64,000 bases of DNA from Rhizaria sp. SCN 62-66 (Eukaryota). Both the position numbers and the translations under genes were made by a program. The notes under the pieces were generated by a model. That model was not told the origin of the DNA. It ran no database searches and was given only the letters and a program-made list of their open reading frames with translations. The stretch covers positions 1 through 64,000 of the forward strand of contig MEDY01000171.1 of the NCBI GenBank assembly GCA_001724265.1, given 5' to 3'. Positions 33,201-46,897 of this stretch are shown in pieces (the first letter of the stretch is position 1; each line of letters opens with the position of its first letter).

Positions 33201-36200
33201 ACCGGTGTTCGTAGATTCATCTGTGTGTGAACTTTCGGTGTTAATGGCCAGGTATTCGTCAAGAAAAGCATCGTACTCATCTGGCTTCAGGGCACGCTCG
33301 GCCCAGGTCAGGACGCTCTGGTTAAGCGCATCAAGCGGGCTCGTGTACACACGCCCATCACGTGCTACAACGCCGTCTACGTCGTCATCATCGTCATTTA
33401 AGATATCTGCAGCTACAGTGGCGCCGCCGCCAGCAGCAGCGTCAGCAGCTTCTCCGCCGTGCACAGCTTCCGTAGCGGCCGCCAGTGCGGTGGCGGGGTC
33501 AGCCAGCGGAAGCGGCCCCGACTCGAGGCAGTCGCGCACGGGACACATCGCGAGCTGGTACAGCACGGTCAACGCGAGCGACACCATCCAGGCCGCTGGT
33601 TCCGTCTTGGTGACCGCGACAGGTTTCGCCACGCCGGTGGCGCCCCCGGCCGGCCCGGCGCTGGCGCGCAGGACCTCGTCGCGGATGGCCGTATAGCCGC
33701 CGTCGGGCCGGATGAAGCTCGGCTTCGCGGCGCGCGCGGCGGCGTCCCACGTGCGCGTGCCGACGGTGGCGCCCGCGGACGCCGCGCCCTGGCCGAACGA
33801 GTCGCCGGGCCCGCCCACGACGCCCGCGGCGGCCCCGGCTAGCGCAGGCGGCGGCCAGTGCGTGGACGCGGCGGCGTGCACAAGCCACGGCAGCGCGGGA
33901 TGCAGCAGCGCGTCTTCGACCGCAATAATGGGCACGCGCCGCAGCAGCTCCAGCGGGCCCGCCGCAAGGCACAGCTGCCAGCCCGCGCGCACGGCCCCCA
34001 GCGGGCGCGAGAGACGGACGTTCTTTTGCAGGATCGACTTCCATTGTGACGGGGACAGCGACAACCGCAGCGGCGGCGCAGGCGCGGGCAGCGTTGCAGG
34101 CGCAGTTGTGGAGAATGCAGCCGCGATCGCGGCAGCAACTCCTGGCGCCCAGCCGCTCCAGTGACGGGCGCGCCATTCACGCAGACACAGCGAGAGCGGC
34201 GCAACGACGGACCACGGCAGCACCAGCGTGTGCATCAACTGCTGACTGAGCAGCGCCGCGAGTGTGATTGGGCCCTGCGCGTGCGCGCCCGACACGGCCT
34301 TAATCGCAAGCGACGAGACTGCGCCGCGGGCGAGCGCGAGTGGCCCCCCAATTAGGCCGACGGGCGCGGGGCTGGGCGCCGCACCTTGAGCAGCAGGTGA
34401 AGATGCAGGCAGTGGGACGAGACAGCGTTGCCACGACATGCCGCACAGCGCAGCCGAAAGTGCGGCGCGCATCGAGGCTGAGATGTGATGGGCAGCGAGC
34501 GCCATCGGCATGCGTACTGATGCAAGGCTGGTGCTGCTGCGAGCCAATCCCGAAAACGTGGCCAACACAATGGCGCCAGACTTTAGTTGTTGTGGTCCTC
34601 CGCGTGAGCTTTCTCCTGCTGGTGCGCTGGCAACGAGTGCAGCCATTTGGGCTCGAATTAAAAGCGTGGGAGCCACAACACAGGCCAAAGCTGCAAGCTT
34701 GCTGGGACTCATTGGCTCCGAAACAGGCGGGGGTTGCTGCTGGCGCTGCTGCCCCTGCGACGCAATCTCCACACGCGTGCGAGCTGCGATGGGTGCAAGC
34801 GCAGCGTCAGCCTCTTCCATCGTGACAGTGAGCGCGAGCGGAGCGCGCACCGTGGTGATGAGCGCCGTGGGCGTCACAGACGGGCCGCTCGCGGCGTTCA
34901 CAGGCGCCGTAAGCGCCATGGTCTCGCGCACCTTCATGATGCTCGCGGTGGACGCAGTCGCCGACAGACACGTCGCTGGGCTACTGTCAGCTAGAGCGAA
35001 TAAAGGCGTGCCAGGCGCTGAGAGTAAAGCGAAAATCGCTGAGTTCGCAGGATCGGGAGTTGCGGCGAACGCCTTTGAAGCTGCAGAGACTGCAGCCGGT
35101 GACGCACGCAGACTGGAATCGCCCGTGTAGACAACACGGTCTAACCGGAGCGCAACAGCAGCACCGGGCGCGGCAAACGCAAGTGCGACGGCGGGGGCCA
35201 CAGCGGGCATCACTGATGGCATATTCTCAAGCAGCGGCAACGCACACATGAAAAAGAAAAGTGGTGCTGGCAGCTGGCAAAAAGGCTTCACCCGACGCAG
35301 CGCGTGCCAAGCAAAGTTTAGCCGCTGCCAGGCGGCGCAGTCGCTGCGGAACACTTCTGCCGTCGGCGCCACTGTGAGCTCGGCTGCGTGCAGGCGCATC
35401 AGTGACGGCGCTGCAGCCTCGCGCCAGGGACCTTGGTACGCGCCACCGATGGCGACAGGGGAGCTGTTGCTTACAGCCGCAGCAGGCGCGACCGCAAGCG
35501 GGGGCAGCGCGTACAGCGAAAGCGGGTCGAAGGGGGGCCCTGCCGGCGCAGAAGATATGACTGATGTGGCCGTGCCAGCCACGCTGATAACCGGAGCGTC
35601 GTCGCGGACAGCCTTGCGCGGCGAGCGGTCTCGCGCGCCCAGCGGCAGCGCGCGCAGAGGCGACGCCACACGGCCCCCTGCAGCGTGAGCTGCAGCGCCC
35701 ACAGTGACCGCGCCGAGCGTAACCGCGGTGAGCGGCGAGGCGGGCTGTTTGGACCGCGTGCTAGGAGGCCTGCCCTTGAGCAGCGACATCACAGGCACCA
35801 CCGGGGAGTCGCTGTCGCTGAGCGCGCCGGCCCCCGCAGAAGCGCTGTCGTCGTCCGAGAGCGCGACAGTGTCGGAGTCATCGCCACCGCCGCGCGCCGC
35901 GCTGGCTTGAGCACGCGCACGCTGCGACTGGCCAAAGGGCGCCCCGCCGACAGTCATCGGCGCCAGTGGCGCAGGGGCGGGCGCGGTCTTCGTGGCTGCA
36001 CCACTGGCTGCAGCAGCGGCGGCAGCAGCGCGCTTAAGGCTAAGTGCATGCCACCCATCAGCACTCACCGTGTCAGCCGCGGCGCCCACAGTAACCTGAG
36101 CCTGCATGTCATGACGCGTCGCGGCATTGACACATTGCGCCGCACTGGTTGTGCGCGGCCGGCCAAGCGCTGAGAGAGGCAGCAGCTGCGCGTTCGCCGC

Positions 36201-38508
36201 ACCGGCGTCTCCGTCAGTCACGCACGCGCCGTCACTCTCATCAGAGTCCGAGGCGCCGAGGTCGACCGGCTCCAGCGACGACACTTGACTGGCATTGTTC
36301 TGTTTGCGCACCGCTTTGATCTCGACGGCGTCGACGCGCAGCCCCGTGAAGGGGGCAGTCGAGACCTGGGGCCGGGCGCGCGGAGGCCGCCGCTGGCCGA
36401 GCTGCAGCATCAACGAGTCGTCTTCACCGGCGCCGCGCGCGCTTGAGACCTGCGTGCCAAGCGTAACTTGGGCCGGGATAAAGCTCGACGAGCTTGAGGC
36501 AGAAGTGCGCGCTGCAGCGGCGCCAGCAGCAAGACGACGGCGCTTGACTTGCTCCATCAGTGATTCTTCCTTCGCGGCGACTGCGGCTTCGGCGACGCTC
36601 GCATCCGAGTCAGCGTCAGAGTCCGACGAGGCTGCAAGTACGACCGCACCGGACGCGCCAGCGGCCGGCGACGACGACGACGACGACTGCGACAGTAACG
36701 ACATCACAACGCTCTCGCGGGCTGGTGCGCGTCCACGGGAGGCGAGCATGTCAAAGCCGCTGCGCGCGGGCGCGGCGGCCTCGACCGTAACCGGGCCCAG
36801 CGGCGGCAGCGCGCGGGCCTTGGACAGCTGCGGCTGCAGCCTGCGCCCGATCGGCCACGCAGCTACACCAGCGTCCGCAGAGCCAACAGATCCGGGCGTA
36901 ACGCCCACGGTTACTGGCCCCATGCGGCGTGGGGCGGTCGCTGCGGCTGTAGCTCCTGTTGCGGAGGCTGAGGCTGCAGCAGGCGCGCCAGCGAAGACCG
37001 CCGCTCCGGGCACTGCGATAACGGTGGCGGTGAGCGGCGAGCTGCGCAGGCGGCGCGGCGCCCAGCCTCGCAGTTGCGTGACCACGTCGCCCGCGCGCAC
37101 CTCGCCGTCGCTGCCACTGCCGCTGGAGTCGCTGCCGACCTCGCTTGCACTGGCGCTGCTGCCACGCACACTCGCAATCGCGCTCGCACTCGCGCTGGCG
37201 CCTGCGCTGCCCGCAGTCTGCTCGCCGCTGCTGCTGTCGCGGCTGCAGCTGCTGCTCGCACTGCCGCTGCCGCTGCTACTACTGCCAGGCACCCGCGTAG
37301 CGGCGCGCCCACGCTGCCGCCGTCGCGCGCTGGCATGCGGCTTGACTTCGAGCACGACGGGCCGCAGCGCCGACGCGGCGCGGTGCCGCCGGCTCTCCTG
37401 CATAAACCCCGCACCAGCGCCCGCGCCGGTGTGTTTGTCAGCGCCGTGCGGGGCCACGGAAACCGTGACTGCGGCGCGCAGCGGCGACGGCGGGCGGGGC
37501 CCCGTGGCGGGCGCGCCGGGCCAGTCGCCGGTCTGTTTCCCGGGGGCCGCGGCAATGGCGGCGCGGGCCGACCGCGCGCCCCACGCCCCGATCACGTAGT
37601 CATCGCTGTTGCCACCGCCGCCGTCAACACCGAAGGCATCGGCAGCGGCGTCTGCGTCCGCGCTTGCATCAGCGGCGACAGCGCCTTGTCGCGTGCGTTG
37701 GCGGCGGCGCGAGCCAGAGGACGGCGCGGCGGTGATCTTGCCGGCCTCGACCGCGGACTTCATCAGCGCCAGAATGTTGCCTCGGTTACCCGCTGCAGCG
37801 CTCTGCCCCGTTGCAGCACAAGAAGCGGTGCGAGAGACTGAGCGAGCGCCTCCAGTTATAGCTGTAGTCGCGGCGGTGGGGTCGTTGGTGGGAGCCGCGG
37901 GCGCGGAGTCGGGCGTGATCAGACTGACGCCATCATCGCCGTCACTGCCGTCGTCGGAGCAGTTTTTGCGGTCATTCACAGCAACAGCGGCAACAGCGTT
38001 CTTCACGCTGGCCCCAGCAAGCGCGGACGCGGGGAACGTGCACTCGATCACTGCGGGCGACGCGCGGATCACAGGCGAGACGCGCGCCGACAGCGGCGGC
38101 GACAGCGGTGGTAACAACGCAGAGTCCATGACTTGGGCCGGTGCCGCTGTCGCCGCTGCAGTAGCGCGAGCGCTCCGAGTGCCGCGCACAGTGCGTGAGC
38201 GGGTGCGCACGAGGGTCTCGTTGTCGCCGCCGTTGCCGTTGCCGTTGATGCCATAGTCGTCGTCATTACCGTCGTCGGCAGCAAAGGCAAGTTTGCTCGA
38301 CGCGGCCGCGGCGGCGCCGGCTCGCGTGCGCGCGGCAGCAGCGCGCACGGGCCGTTTGCGCGCGGGCGACGCCTCCACGGCGGCCGCGACGGGCGGCGTC
38401 AAGCCCCCGGTTGGCGACGCAGCGGCGGCGGGGGCAGTGGCGCGGTCGCCGGCGGGGGGCATCGCAGGTGTGGGGAACACGCTTTGCGAGCGCAGCGCAG
38501 TCTCGGCC

Positions 38509-38560
<52 letters not shown>

Positions 38561-39461
38561 TTGTTGTTGTTGCTGCTGCTGCTGCTGCTGCTGTTGCGGT
38601 GTGGCCGTGCGCTGTGTCAGCGTCGCCCACCCCCCTGCCGCGCCCACGGCCTTTGCCTCCGCGACCACGGCCCCTAACCGCTGCCAGCGCCTCGGCCTCG
38701 GCAGCCTCGGCAGCGGCCTCCGCGGCGGCCTCGGCAGCCTCCTCCGCGTCGAGCGCGGCGCGCACGGCGGCCAGAGACGCCGCGTCTGACTGGGCAGCGG
38801 CGACGGCCACGCGCGCGCTGCGCCTCGTGCGCGCGGGCTTGCTGCTTACGGCGGCGCTAGTGTCACCGTCGTCGTTCGCGTTGTCGTCGTTCATGGCGTC
38901 GTTGTTTGTGGCGTCGTTGCCGAACTCGAACCCAAAGTCGAAGTTGAAGTTGTTGTGGTCAAGCGACGCAGAAGCGGCTGCTGAGGGCGCAGGAGGCACG
39001 TAGGGCGCAAACAGCGCGTCGCCGTCAAAGCCAAACGCGACCTCTGATGCAGCCGGCCCGCTGTAGCCGTCGTCAGCACCGTAAGCGCCGGCGCCGTCGT
39101 CGCCGTAATCGTCGGCGTCCGCGTCGTAGCCGAGGATAGAGCGCGAGCCCGCGTACTGCCCCGGCGTGGCGGCGCTGTCATAGTAGCCGTAGCCAGCGTC
39201 ATCGTCGTCGCCATCGCCCCCGTCGTAGCTGTCGGACATGTGGTGTGGCCGGTGCGCGCGGTGCGCGGACCCGGGTTCACCGGATAGCGTCTCTGCGACG
39301 CGAGTGGGCGAGTTGTAGATGCGCCGGGCGAACCCGGTCCCAAACACGTCACCGCCCTCGGCCACGTAAGAGTCCTGCGCAGAGTCCCACAGCGAGCGGC
39401 CGTCGCCGTCACCGGCGCCATAGTCCCGGCTGTCGTCTCCGTGGTCGTCGTCGCTGTCCAT
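30282..39461 (-). CDS. Giant protein (3059 aa if TAG at 32616-32618 is sense): disordered N-terminal half plus a conserved domain of unknown function
   Basis: ORFs 39461-32616 and 32609-30282 share a frame and are separated only by one TAG (PGS*QRLSQ). Motifs KSILQKNVR and ELLRRVPIIAVEDALLHP precede the TAG; GIDYHC and LWRYRSGLTNK follow it. Ends in TGA. Confidence 0.75.
38511..38593. repeat. Compound coding microsatellite (GCCGTT)n-(GTT)n-(GCT)n encoding poly-A, poly-T and (TA)n on the minus strand
   Basis: Directly visible tandem units. Confidence 0.9.
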
Positions 39462-39990
39462 GGCGCGCAGGCAACCAATCTGGCGATAGGACTCAACAGT
39501 TCAGTGGCTGCTGAGAGCCAAGAAAAATTCCTAGAAAGATATTATTACAGAAAAAAAAGTAAAATGTCAGTTAAAACCTGGAAAACGTATTGATAACGCA
39601 ATTGACGAAGAAATCAGCTCACTGACAAGTTGATAAAGCTGTCGACTCGAAGAGGTGGTCGGGCGGGAAGTGATGGACGGAGTGGTCGGACCGAAAAATA
39701 AAAGTCATTTGCTTCGACAGGCAAGCAAGCCCGACCATAGCCTCACGGAAAACTCTTTCGGGAGCGTGTTAAATGAGCGTCGGCAGGCTTATTTTTAAGA
39801 TAATGATTTATTTGACGCTGTGAACTGTTTTATGCTCTGATAATGCGCCCCAGAGACGGTTGTGCTCCGCCTGTGGACTTTCCTCGACGCGCATTGTTTT
39901 GCGGCGCGCTGGAGGCAAAGCATGCCGTGTGTGTTGGCATTTCGCTCATCGTTTGTTCTCTTTGTGTGTTGTCATATAGACTCGGTCCCG

Positions 39991-42195
39991 ATGCTCCGCT
40001 CGATGCGCAGCCTTACGGCCGCTGCCCGCGTGCCCGCCGTGTCTGCGGTGACGCCGCTGTCGGCCGCCCTGCGCCGCAACGCCACCGTGGCGCCGTACAT
40101 GAAGAAGATGCGCAACATCGGCGTCTCCGCCCACATCGACTCCGGCAAGACGACTCTATCTGAGCGCCTGCTGTTTCACGGCGGCCGTATCTCTGCCATC
40201 CACGACGTCAAGGGCCGCGACGGTGTCGGCGCCAAGATGGACTCGATGGAGCTGGAGCGCGAGAAGGGTATCACCATCCAGTCCGCGGCATCGCAGATCC
40301 ACTGGAAGGATTACACGATGAACCTCATTGACACGCCCGGCCACGTCGACTTCACCGTCGAGGTCGAGCGCGCGATGCGCGTGCTGGACGCCGCCATCCT
40401 CGTGCTGTGCTCCGTCGCCGGCGTGCAGTCGCAGTCGATCACGGTCGACCGCCAGATGAAGCGCTACAACGTCCCGCGCGTCGCCTTCATCAATAAGCTC
40501 GACCGCATTGGCGGCAACCCGTGGAAACCGATCAGCGACATGCGCTCCATGCTGCAGCTCAACGCCGCCGCTGTGCAGGTGCCTATCGGCGCCGAGAGCG
40601 GCTTCAAGGCCGTCGTCGACATCATCAAGCGCGAGTCCATCTACTTCGACGGCGCCTCCGGCGAGGTGCTGCGCTACGAGCCCATCCCCGAGGACCTCAA
40701 AGACCTCGTTGAGGAGAAGCGCGCCGAGCTCATCGAGCGCCTCTCCGAGGTCGACGAGGAGCTCGGCGAGATCTTCCTCAACGACGAAGTCCCCTCTGTG
40801 GAGCAGATCAAGGCCGCGATCCGCCGCGCGACGCTGGCGAACAAGTTCGTGCCCGTCTTCATGGGCACGGCGTTCAAGAACAAGGGCGTGCAGCCGCTGA
40901 TGGACGGTATCGTCGACTACCTGCCATCGCCTGACGAAGTCAACAACGTCGCGCTCGACGCCGACAAGGACGAGGAGAAGGTGATCCTGTCCCACGAGGA
41001 GAAGAAGCCCCTTGTCGCGCTCGCGTTTAAGCTCGAGGAGTCGCGTTTCGGCCAGCTTACCTACGTGCGCATCTACCAGGGCACGATCAAGAAGGGCGAC
41101 ACGATCTTCAATGTGTCGACCAAGAAGAAGGTCAAGCTCCCGCGTCTGGTGCGCATGCACGCCAACGAGATGCAGGACGTGACTGAGGCCAAGGCCGGCG
41201 ACATTGTCGCGCTCTTTGGCGTCGACTGCCACTCCGGTACCACCTTCACCGACGGCACGCTCAACTACACACTGTCGCCGATGCGCGTCGCCGACCCCGT
41301 CATCTCGCTCGCCGTTCGCCCGAAGCTGCCCGCCGACTCGGCTAAGTTCAACAAGGCGCTCACGCGCTTCGTCAAGGAGGACCCCACGTTCCGCGTGCAC
41401 ACGGACCAGGAGAACGGTGAGACGATCATCTCGGGCATGGGCGAGCTCCACCTCGACATCTACTGCGAGCGTATCCGCCGCGAGTACGACTGCGAGGTCG
41501 TCATCGGCTTCCCACAGGTCAACTACCGCGAGGCCATCACGTCCAAGGCCGAGTTCAACTACCTGCACAAGAAGCAGTCCGGTGGTTCCGGTCAGTTCGG
41601 CCGCGTTATCGGCACCATTGAGCCGCTCCATTCGGAGGACGGCAAGAAGGACAACGAGTTCGTCAACGCCCTCTCCGGCAACAATATTCCGCCCGAGTTC
41701 GTGCCCGCCATCACCAAGGGTTTTGAGGAGGCCTTCAACAAGGGCCCGCAGACCGGCTGCCCGCTCCAGGGTGTCAAGGTCACGCTCACGGATGGTGCGT
41801 CGCACGCGGTCGACTCGAACGAACTCGCCTTCCGTCTCGCCGCGATTGGCGCGTTCAAGCAGGCGTACGCCAAGGCCAACCCCGTTGTGCTGGAGCCGTG
41901 CATGTCGGTGCAGATCGAGATCCCCGAGGAGTTCCAGGGCACGGTCGTAGGCGAGATCACGCGCCGCAAGGGCTCGATCGTCAACGTCGACTCGCGCGGC
42001 GACGGCTACTGCGTCATCGACGCCGAGGTCGCGCTGGCCAAGATGTTCGGCTACTCGACCGACCTGCGCTCCGCCACTCAGGGCAAGGGCGAGTTCACCA
42101 TGACTTACAAGGAGCACGCGCCCATGACCCAGGAGGAGGCTGCCGTCGTCTCCAAGGCCTACCAGGCCACTCTCCGCGCCGACCCCGACGAGTAA
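39991..42195 (+). CDS. GFM1: Mitochondrial elongation factor G1 (734 aa)
   Basis: Arg/Ser/Ala-rich transit peptide [94 protein letters not shown]. Ends in TAA. Confidence 0.97.
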   Translation: MLRSMRSLTAAARVPAVSAVTPLSAALRRNATVAPYMKKMRNIGVSAHIDSGKTTLSERLLFHGGRISAIHDVKGRDGVGAKMDSMELEREKGITIQSAASQIHWKDYTMNLIDTPGHVDFTVEVERAMRVLDAAILVLCSVAGVQSQSITVDRQMKRYNVPRVAFINKLDRIGGNPWKPISDMRSMLQLNAAAVQVPIGAESGFKAVVDIIKRESIYFDGASGEVLRYEPIPEDLKDLVEEKRAELIERLSEVDEELGEIFLNDEVPSVEQIKAAIRRATLANKFVPVFMGTAFKNKGVQPLMDGIVDYLPSPDEVNNVALDADKDEEKVILSHEEKKPLVALAFKLEESRFGQLTYVRIYQGTIKKGDTIFNVSTKKKVKLPRLVRMHANEMQDVTEAKAGDIVALFGVDCHSGTTFTDGTLNYTLSPMRVADPVISLAVRPKLPADSAKFNKALTRFVKEDPTFRVHTDQENGETIISGMGELHLDIYCERIRREYDCEVVIGFPQVNYREAITSKAEFNYLHKKQSGGSGQFGRVIGTIEPLHSEDGKKDNEFVNALSGNNIPPEFVPAITKGFEEAFNKGPQTGCPLQGVKVTLTDGASHAVDSNELAFRLAAIGAFKQAYAKANPVVLEPCMSVQIEIPEEFQGTVVGEITRRKGSIVNVDSRGDGYCVIDAEVALAKMFGYSTDLRSATQGKGEFTMTYKEHAPMTQEEAAVVSKAYQATLRADPDE

Positions 42196-42345
42196 GCGCA
42201 CCGACTGGCTTGGGTTTGCTGTGTGTGGGGGGGCACGCCAGCAGTGACGGTCACTCACTTATTTATCGACCGTTACTGTTGCGCGCTCATGCCACTCACG
42301 TTTATTTGTTTTGTCTTTTAGTAATCATTTATGAAGTTTTACTCG

Positions 42346-42347
<2 letters not shown>

Positions 42348-42399
<52 letters not shown>
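42348..42399. repeat. (AC)26 microsatellite
   Basis: Perfect dinucleotide run downstream of the EF-G stop. Confidence 0.97.
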
Positions 42400-42401
<2 letters not shown>

Positions 42402-42888
42402 TCCGTAACTTGTTGTGCAATGTCATGTTCCGCAATACATTTCACAATCTTACAACTCGACATCACTTTCAAGTACTTCGTGCGGGTTTCAAGTACTTCG
42501 GGCGGATAGTGTTTTTATCTTAAATTGTATTTTTATTGTTAAGGCTTTGGAGATGATAGGGACGTTCTACGTAGGAATGCCGACAACAGCATTCATACGA
42601 TATTAGAATCCGCTCTTATCACCGGTGCTAATATAAGGGACGCATGCATGTACAGAGTTAACGCAATTTTCGTGTGGCTTTTTGATCACTTGATCAGGAC
42701 AAGGTGAGAAGACTAAAGAGAACTGTGCAACCCACGCAGAATAGCAGCAACAGCAGCAGACACAGAGCAGAGAGAATCACAAGATGCTTCTGCTGAGGTG
42801 CTTAGCAGCGCTGAGGAGGCGTGAGGAGTGAGGGCGCGAGAGCGCGCGCGCGACGGCGCCGACAACGACGGCGGTGCGTGCAGCGCGC

Positions 42889-43719
42889 TTACTTGCTGCC
42901 GTTGACGAGCTCGTCAGCGAGCGAGTGCGCGGCCGAGGTCCAGTTCATGGGCATCTTGTTGAGGGGCAGCGCACGGCGCATCGCCTTGAAGGTCTGATGA
43001 TGCATGTCGATGTACATTTTCTCGAGACTCGCCTGCCACTCGGTCTCGATCTTCTCCAGCGCGGCCACGACGGCGTCGCCATCGCCTGAGACGGTCACGG
43101 GCGGCGCGGCGAAGGCGGCGTTGAGTTGCACGTTGCCGTCCTCGAAGTAGTGCACGTTGACCTCGAGCTTCGACTCGAGCGCGCCACCCGAGACGGGGAC
43201 GCGGTATGTCGCGCGCCAGTTGCCGGTCCAGAACGCATTCAGGTTCGTGTTGATGCCCGAGACGCAGATGGTGAGGTGCGAGGCGTCGGCAAAGACGCCG
43301 TAGACGCACTTGTCCTTCTTGTAATGGGTCGACGTGTACTTCTTCATGGCGGCCGAGGCGGCGGCGCGGAGAGACTCGTTGGGGCCCGCGGAGTAGCCCG
43401 ACGCGGCGCCGGTGACGGTCTTCTGCACGTGGTCGATGGTCCACGACTTGCCGGTCTCGGGGTCGTAGAAGACGTCGTGCGAAAGCTCGTTAAAGGGCGT
43501 GAGGAGGAACTTGGCGCCGGAGGGGTCCTCGACGTGGACGAGCTGCGCGGCGTTGTAGTCGTGCAGAACCTTAGACTTGACGTCGTTGTTCAGAACGGAA
43601 GGGTCCGCCACAAGCTTCTCAACGTCGGCAAGCGCGAACTTGACCTCATTGATCGGCGCCGACTTGATGAAGTAGTTGGCGATGTTAAGCTTCTGCTGCG
43701 GGGTCGCGGAGTCGGACAT
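42889..43719 (-). CDS. CAPZA: F-actin capping protein subunit alpha (276 aa)
   Basis: IANYFIKSAPINE, NAFWTGNWR, VNVHYFEDGNVQL, FKAMRRALP..K.PMNW. Ends in TAA. Confidence 0.95.
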   Translation of the reverse strand: MSDSATPQQKLNIANYFIKSAPINEVKFALADVEKLVADPSVLNNDVKSKVLHDYNAAQLVHVEDPSGAKFLLTPFNELSHDVFYDPETGKSWTIDHVQKTVTGAASGYSAGPNESLRAAASAAMKKYTSTHYKKDKCVYGVFADASHLTICVSGINTNLNAFWTGNWRATYRVPVSGGALESKLEVNVHYFEDGNVQLNAAFAAPPVTVSGDGDAVVAALEKIETEWQASLEKMYIDMHHQTFKAMRRALPLNKMPMNWTSAAHSLADELVNGSK

Positions 43720-44573
43720 CCTGCTAGGGTCTGCGAGGGCAAAAGACGAGTGAGGGGAGGTAGTGGACACAAGTATGTCATGTAAGCACGCGTGTTATAG
43801 CATAAAACATGTAAGGATTGCATTAGATATTCTTGAGAAGTGCTGTTAGCGTGTTCGTGAAGGGGCGGTGCGAAGGATCGTTGAGGCAGAGAGCGACGTC
43901 GATAGAAGGAAACGAGCGGATATGAAGCAATCACGCAAAGTGAATTGAGCTCTCGCAGCGCCTTGGCGTAAAAAAACAGGATGACATAATAGCCGTCAAC
44001 AAGAGACCATCTGGAGAGGCGGATATCGCGAGCACAACCGTCTGTGAGGCATGCGAGAGAGAGGGGGGACACACGCTCGGGTTGACACAAGCTTAGCACT
44101 GAATTGCACCGTGGCTATGCAGCCAAACGAAAAGAAAATAAGATGCAGCAATAGCCACATCGATGCTATTCCCATACAAAATGCTACAAAAGTATAAGGC
44201 AAACAACTCCCGCCCAGGAGAACGAGATATTGACGTCAAGATCAGCGCTTAGTCATTGGTCGGAGAAGAATCACACGCGCCGCCCGCCCGCCAATTCTGG
44301 ACCGAAAAAGTCGTCCCGAGCAGGTATCTTTGAACTCGAATTAAGGTCACTCAACGTCCGACGTGGGAGTTCATACCACTATGGCTGGGGCTATTTTGCT
44401 GTTTTTTGTGTGTGCTTTTAATTATCAATGTGCCGATGGCCCCTGTCGCTTTGTAGCCCTCCCCTCACCGTGAGCCCATTCACCTTACGCCCCCTTTGCT
44501 CTCCGACTTGAAGTTCCCTTCGCCCAACTGTAATGCAGAGAAGCCCGAAGCATTAAGCCTTGAACCTGGGTAC

Positions 44574-46864
44574 ATGGATGACATTGACGGCCACGGCGCG
44601 CGACTTGCGCGAGCCACGGCCGCCCTTGTGCTCGACCCGCGATACCGAGCGTTATTGCTCGATGACGACGCCGACGGCCCCCTCGGACAACTTACCGCCG
44701 ACGGCGCCCGCGCCTGGGTCGGGCCCAGCTCTCTCCGCGCCGCCGCGCTGTCGGCACCCGTTGCAGCGGACTGGGTACGCGCCACGATCGGTCCGGTGCT
44801 GCCCCACGCCACTGCGCGGCCCCTGCCGCCGACTGCGCGCATAGCAGCACCCGCCGCTCATCTCGCGAACAACTACACCGGGACGCCCCGCGCGGTTGCT
44901 GCTGCGGCCGGCACCGCTGCGCTGGAGTTTCTCGCCGCGCCAGACGCCGCCGCGTTTGAGCGCGCGCTGGGCCACGCCCCCGCAGCGCGCCCCGTGGCCC
45001 CTGCGGCGTCGTCCGGAGCAGTGCTCGCCCGTTACGCCCACTTGCTATCCGACGCGGACGACGCAGACGCCGACTTCCCACACAGAGGCGCGCACGCGGG
45101 CGCCGACGCAGACTTGGGTGGCACCGAGCAGTTTATCCCGTACGCAGTGGGCGCCGGCGCTAGTGCCCGGAACGGCTACGGCTCCAACGGCTTCAGCTCT
45201 CTACAAAGCTCACGCGCTGTTACGGCTGCTACTGCAACGGCGTACCCCGCAACGAGTGGCGGTGCCGGTGTCCTTTCGCGTTATGCGCACCTGATGCGCG
45301 ACGCACCGGAGCACGACGCAGCGCAGCATGACGTAACGCAGCATCAGGATGCGCATCAGCAGAGTGGCACTGCGAACCCCACATCCACAGGATTCTCTGG
45401 CGCTGGCGCGGAGTCTTTCGCTGGCGCAGCGAGAGGCTTGGGCGCTGGAGCTGGCTTTGTAGCTGATTCTGGCACTGGCTTGGGCACTGCTGGCAGTGCG
45501 TCTGTTATTGGTGCGACCGCCGCTGAGAATAATACGGCCGGAAGTGCAAGCGCAACAGTGGAAACTGCGACTGCTGCGGAGGCCGCAGCGAAGGACTCGA
45601 CTACTGCTGAAGCCTCTCAATCCGCCGCGGCCGCTGTCGCACGCGCATCTGATTCTGCCTCAGCCTCTGCCTCGGAGTCGCACATTCCAGCGGCGGCCGA
45701 GCTTTTGAACGCCTACGCGGCCGTGGCCGACGCGCCCGCGCGCGCCTACTCGCTGCTGCGCGCACCGCCCCCCGCAGCTGCACCACCCGCGCCGCGCCAG
45801 GCGCACGCGCTGCGGCGCCAGCCCGGCGTGCCGTTGTCATCGCCCGCGGCTTCTGCGTTGGCGCAGGCGTCAGCGATGCTCAACGACGCCGACGCGCTTG
45901 CACGCGCGCTTGGCATCGCTGACGACGATAATGACGACGCCGATGGTGATTGCAAGAGCAACGACACACGCAATGCTGCTGAAGTTGCGTGCAATGCTGG
46001 GTTGCCCCTGCGCGCGCAGCGCTACACGCTGGCGCCGCGCCTTAATTTCGCGCCCCCGCGCGTCTCTGCAGTCGCCACCGCGCCGCCCCCGAAGTCGCCC
46101 GCGAGCCGCCGCGCGCCCCGCGGACCCGTCAGCAACAGCGCCTCTACTGCGAGTAGTGTGAGCGCGGCTGCTGCGGGCGCGGCCGCGCTGGCGGCGTCTT
46201 CCCGCGTCGCAGCGATGGCTGTGGTGGCGTCCGCGCTCGTCGCCAACGGCGTCGCGCCGCGCTTTCCCACGCCGCCACTGCCCGCGACTGCAAACGCGAC
46301 CGAAACTGCGGATGTGCAACGCCCAGAGTCTCCCGGGCCCGCCACTCCGGTCGCAATCCCTGCGACGATCGCTTTGAAGGCTGAGGCCGAGACTAAGACA
46401 GACACTGTGCATGAGACAGGTGCTAAGGCGGCCACTGAGACGCTGGCAAGACCTAGAGTTGCGGCCGGCGTCAAGGTGGAGACCGGGTCTGCGGACCAGC
46501 AGGAGGTTGACGCGGAGTGGTACTCAGTCACACCCGTCGCCGGCAGCGATAACGGCTCACCTGCGGTACGCTCGCTCCAGGCCTCGCCCTCCGGCGCACG
46601 CCCCGCCACCGCGGCCGGAGTGCGGCCACAGTCGCCGCTGTGGCCGCCGCTGCCCGTGCCCGCGCGTCTCGGCCCCGCGCAGTCGCCGCAGCAATCTCCG
46701 CTGCAGTCCCAGCTGCCGTCGCCGCTGCAATCGCCGCCGCGGTCGCCGTCGCACTCGTCCGTGCTGTCGCTGCCCCGCGCGCACTCGCGCGCGCACTCAG
46801 GGTCGCTCTCCCAGTCCGCCTCACCCGACTCACGGCCGCTGTCGCGCTCGCTGTCGCGCTCGCC

Positions 46865-46897
<33 letters not shown>

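Noticed and set aside
40156-42258. 700-aa antisense ORF over EF-G (also 51217-52308 over RPN7 and 22091-24151 over the ankyrin gene)
   Set aside because: Shadow ORFs expected from strong GC3 codon bias; no recognisable protein features.
44436-44573. Possible sixth sense TAG (ATG 44436, MAPVAL*PSPHRE..., in frame with the 2000-aa ORF)
   Set aside because: Ambiguous. The TAG follows a T-rich tract and could be a splice acceptor, and ATG 44574 has its own upstream CAG (44536-38). Not counted as evidence.
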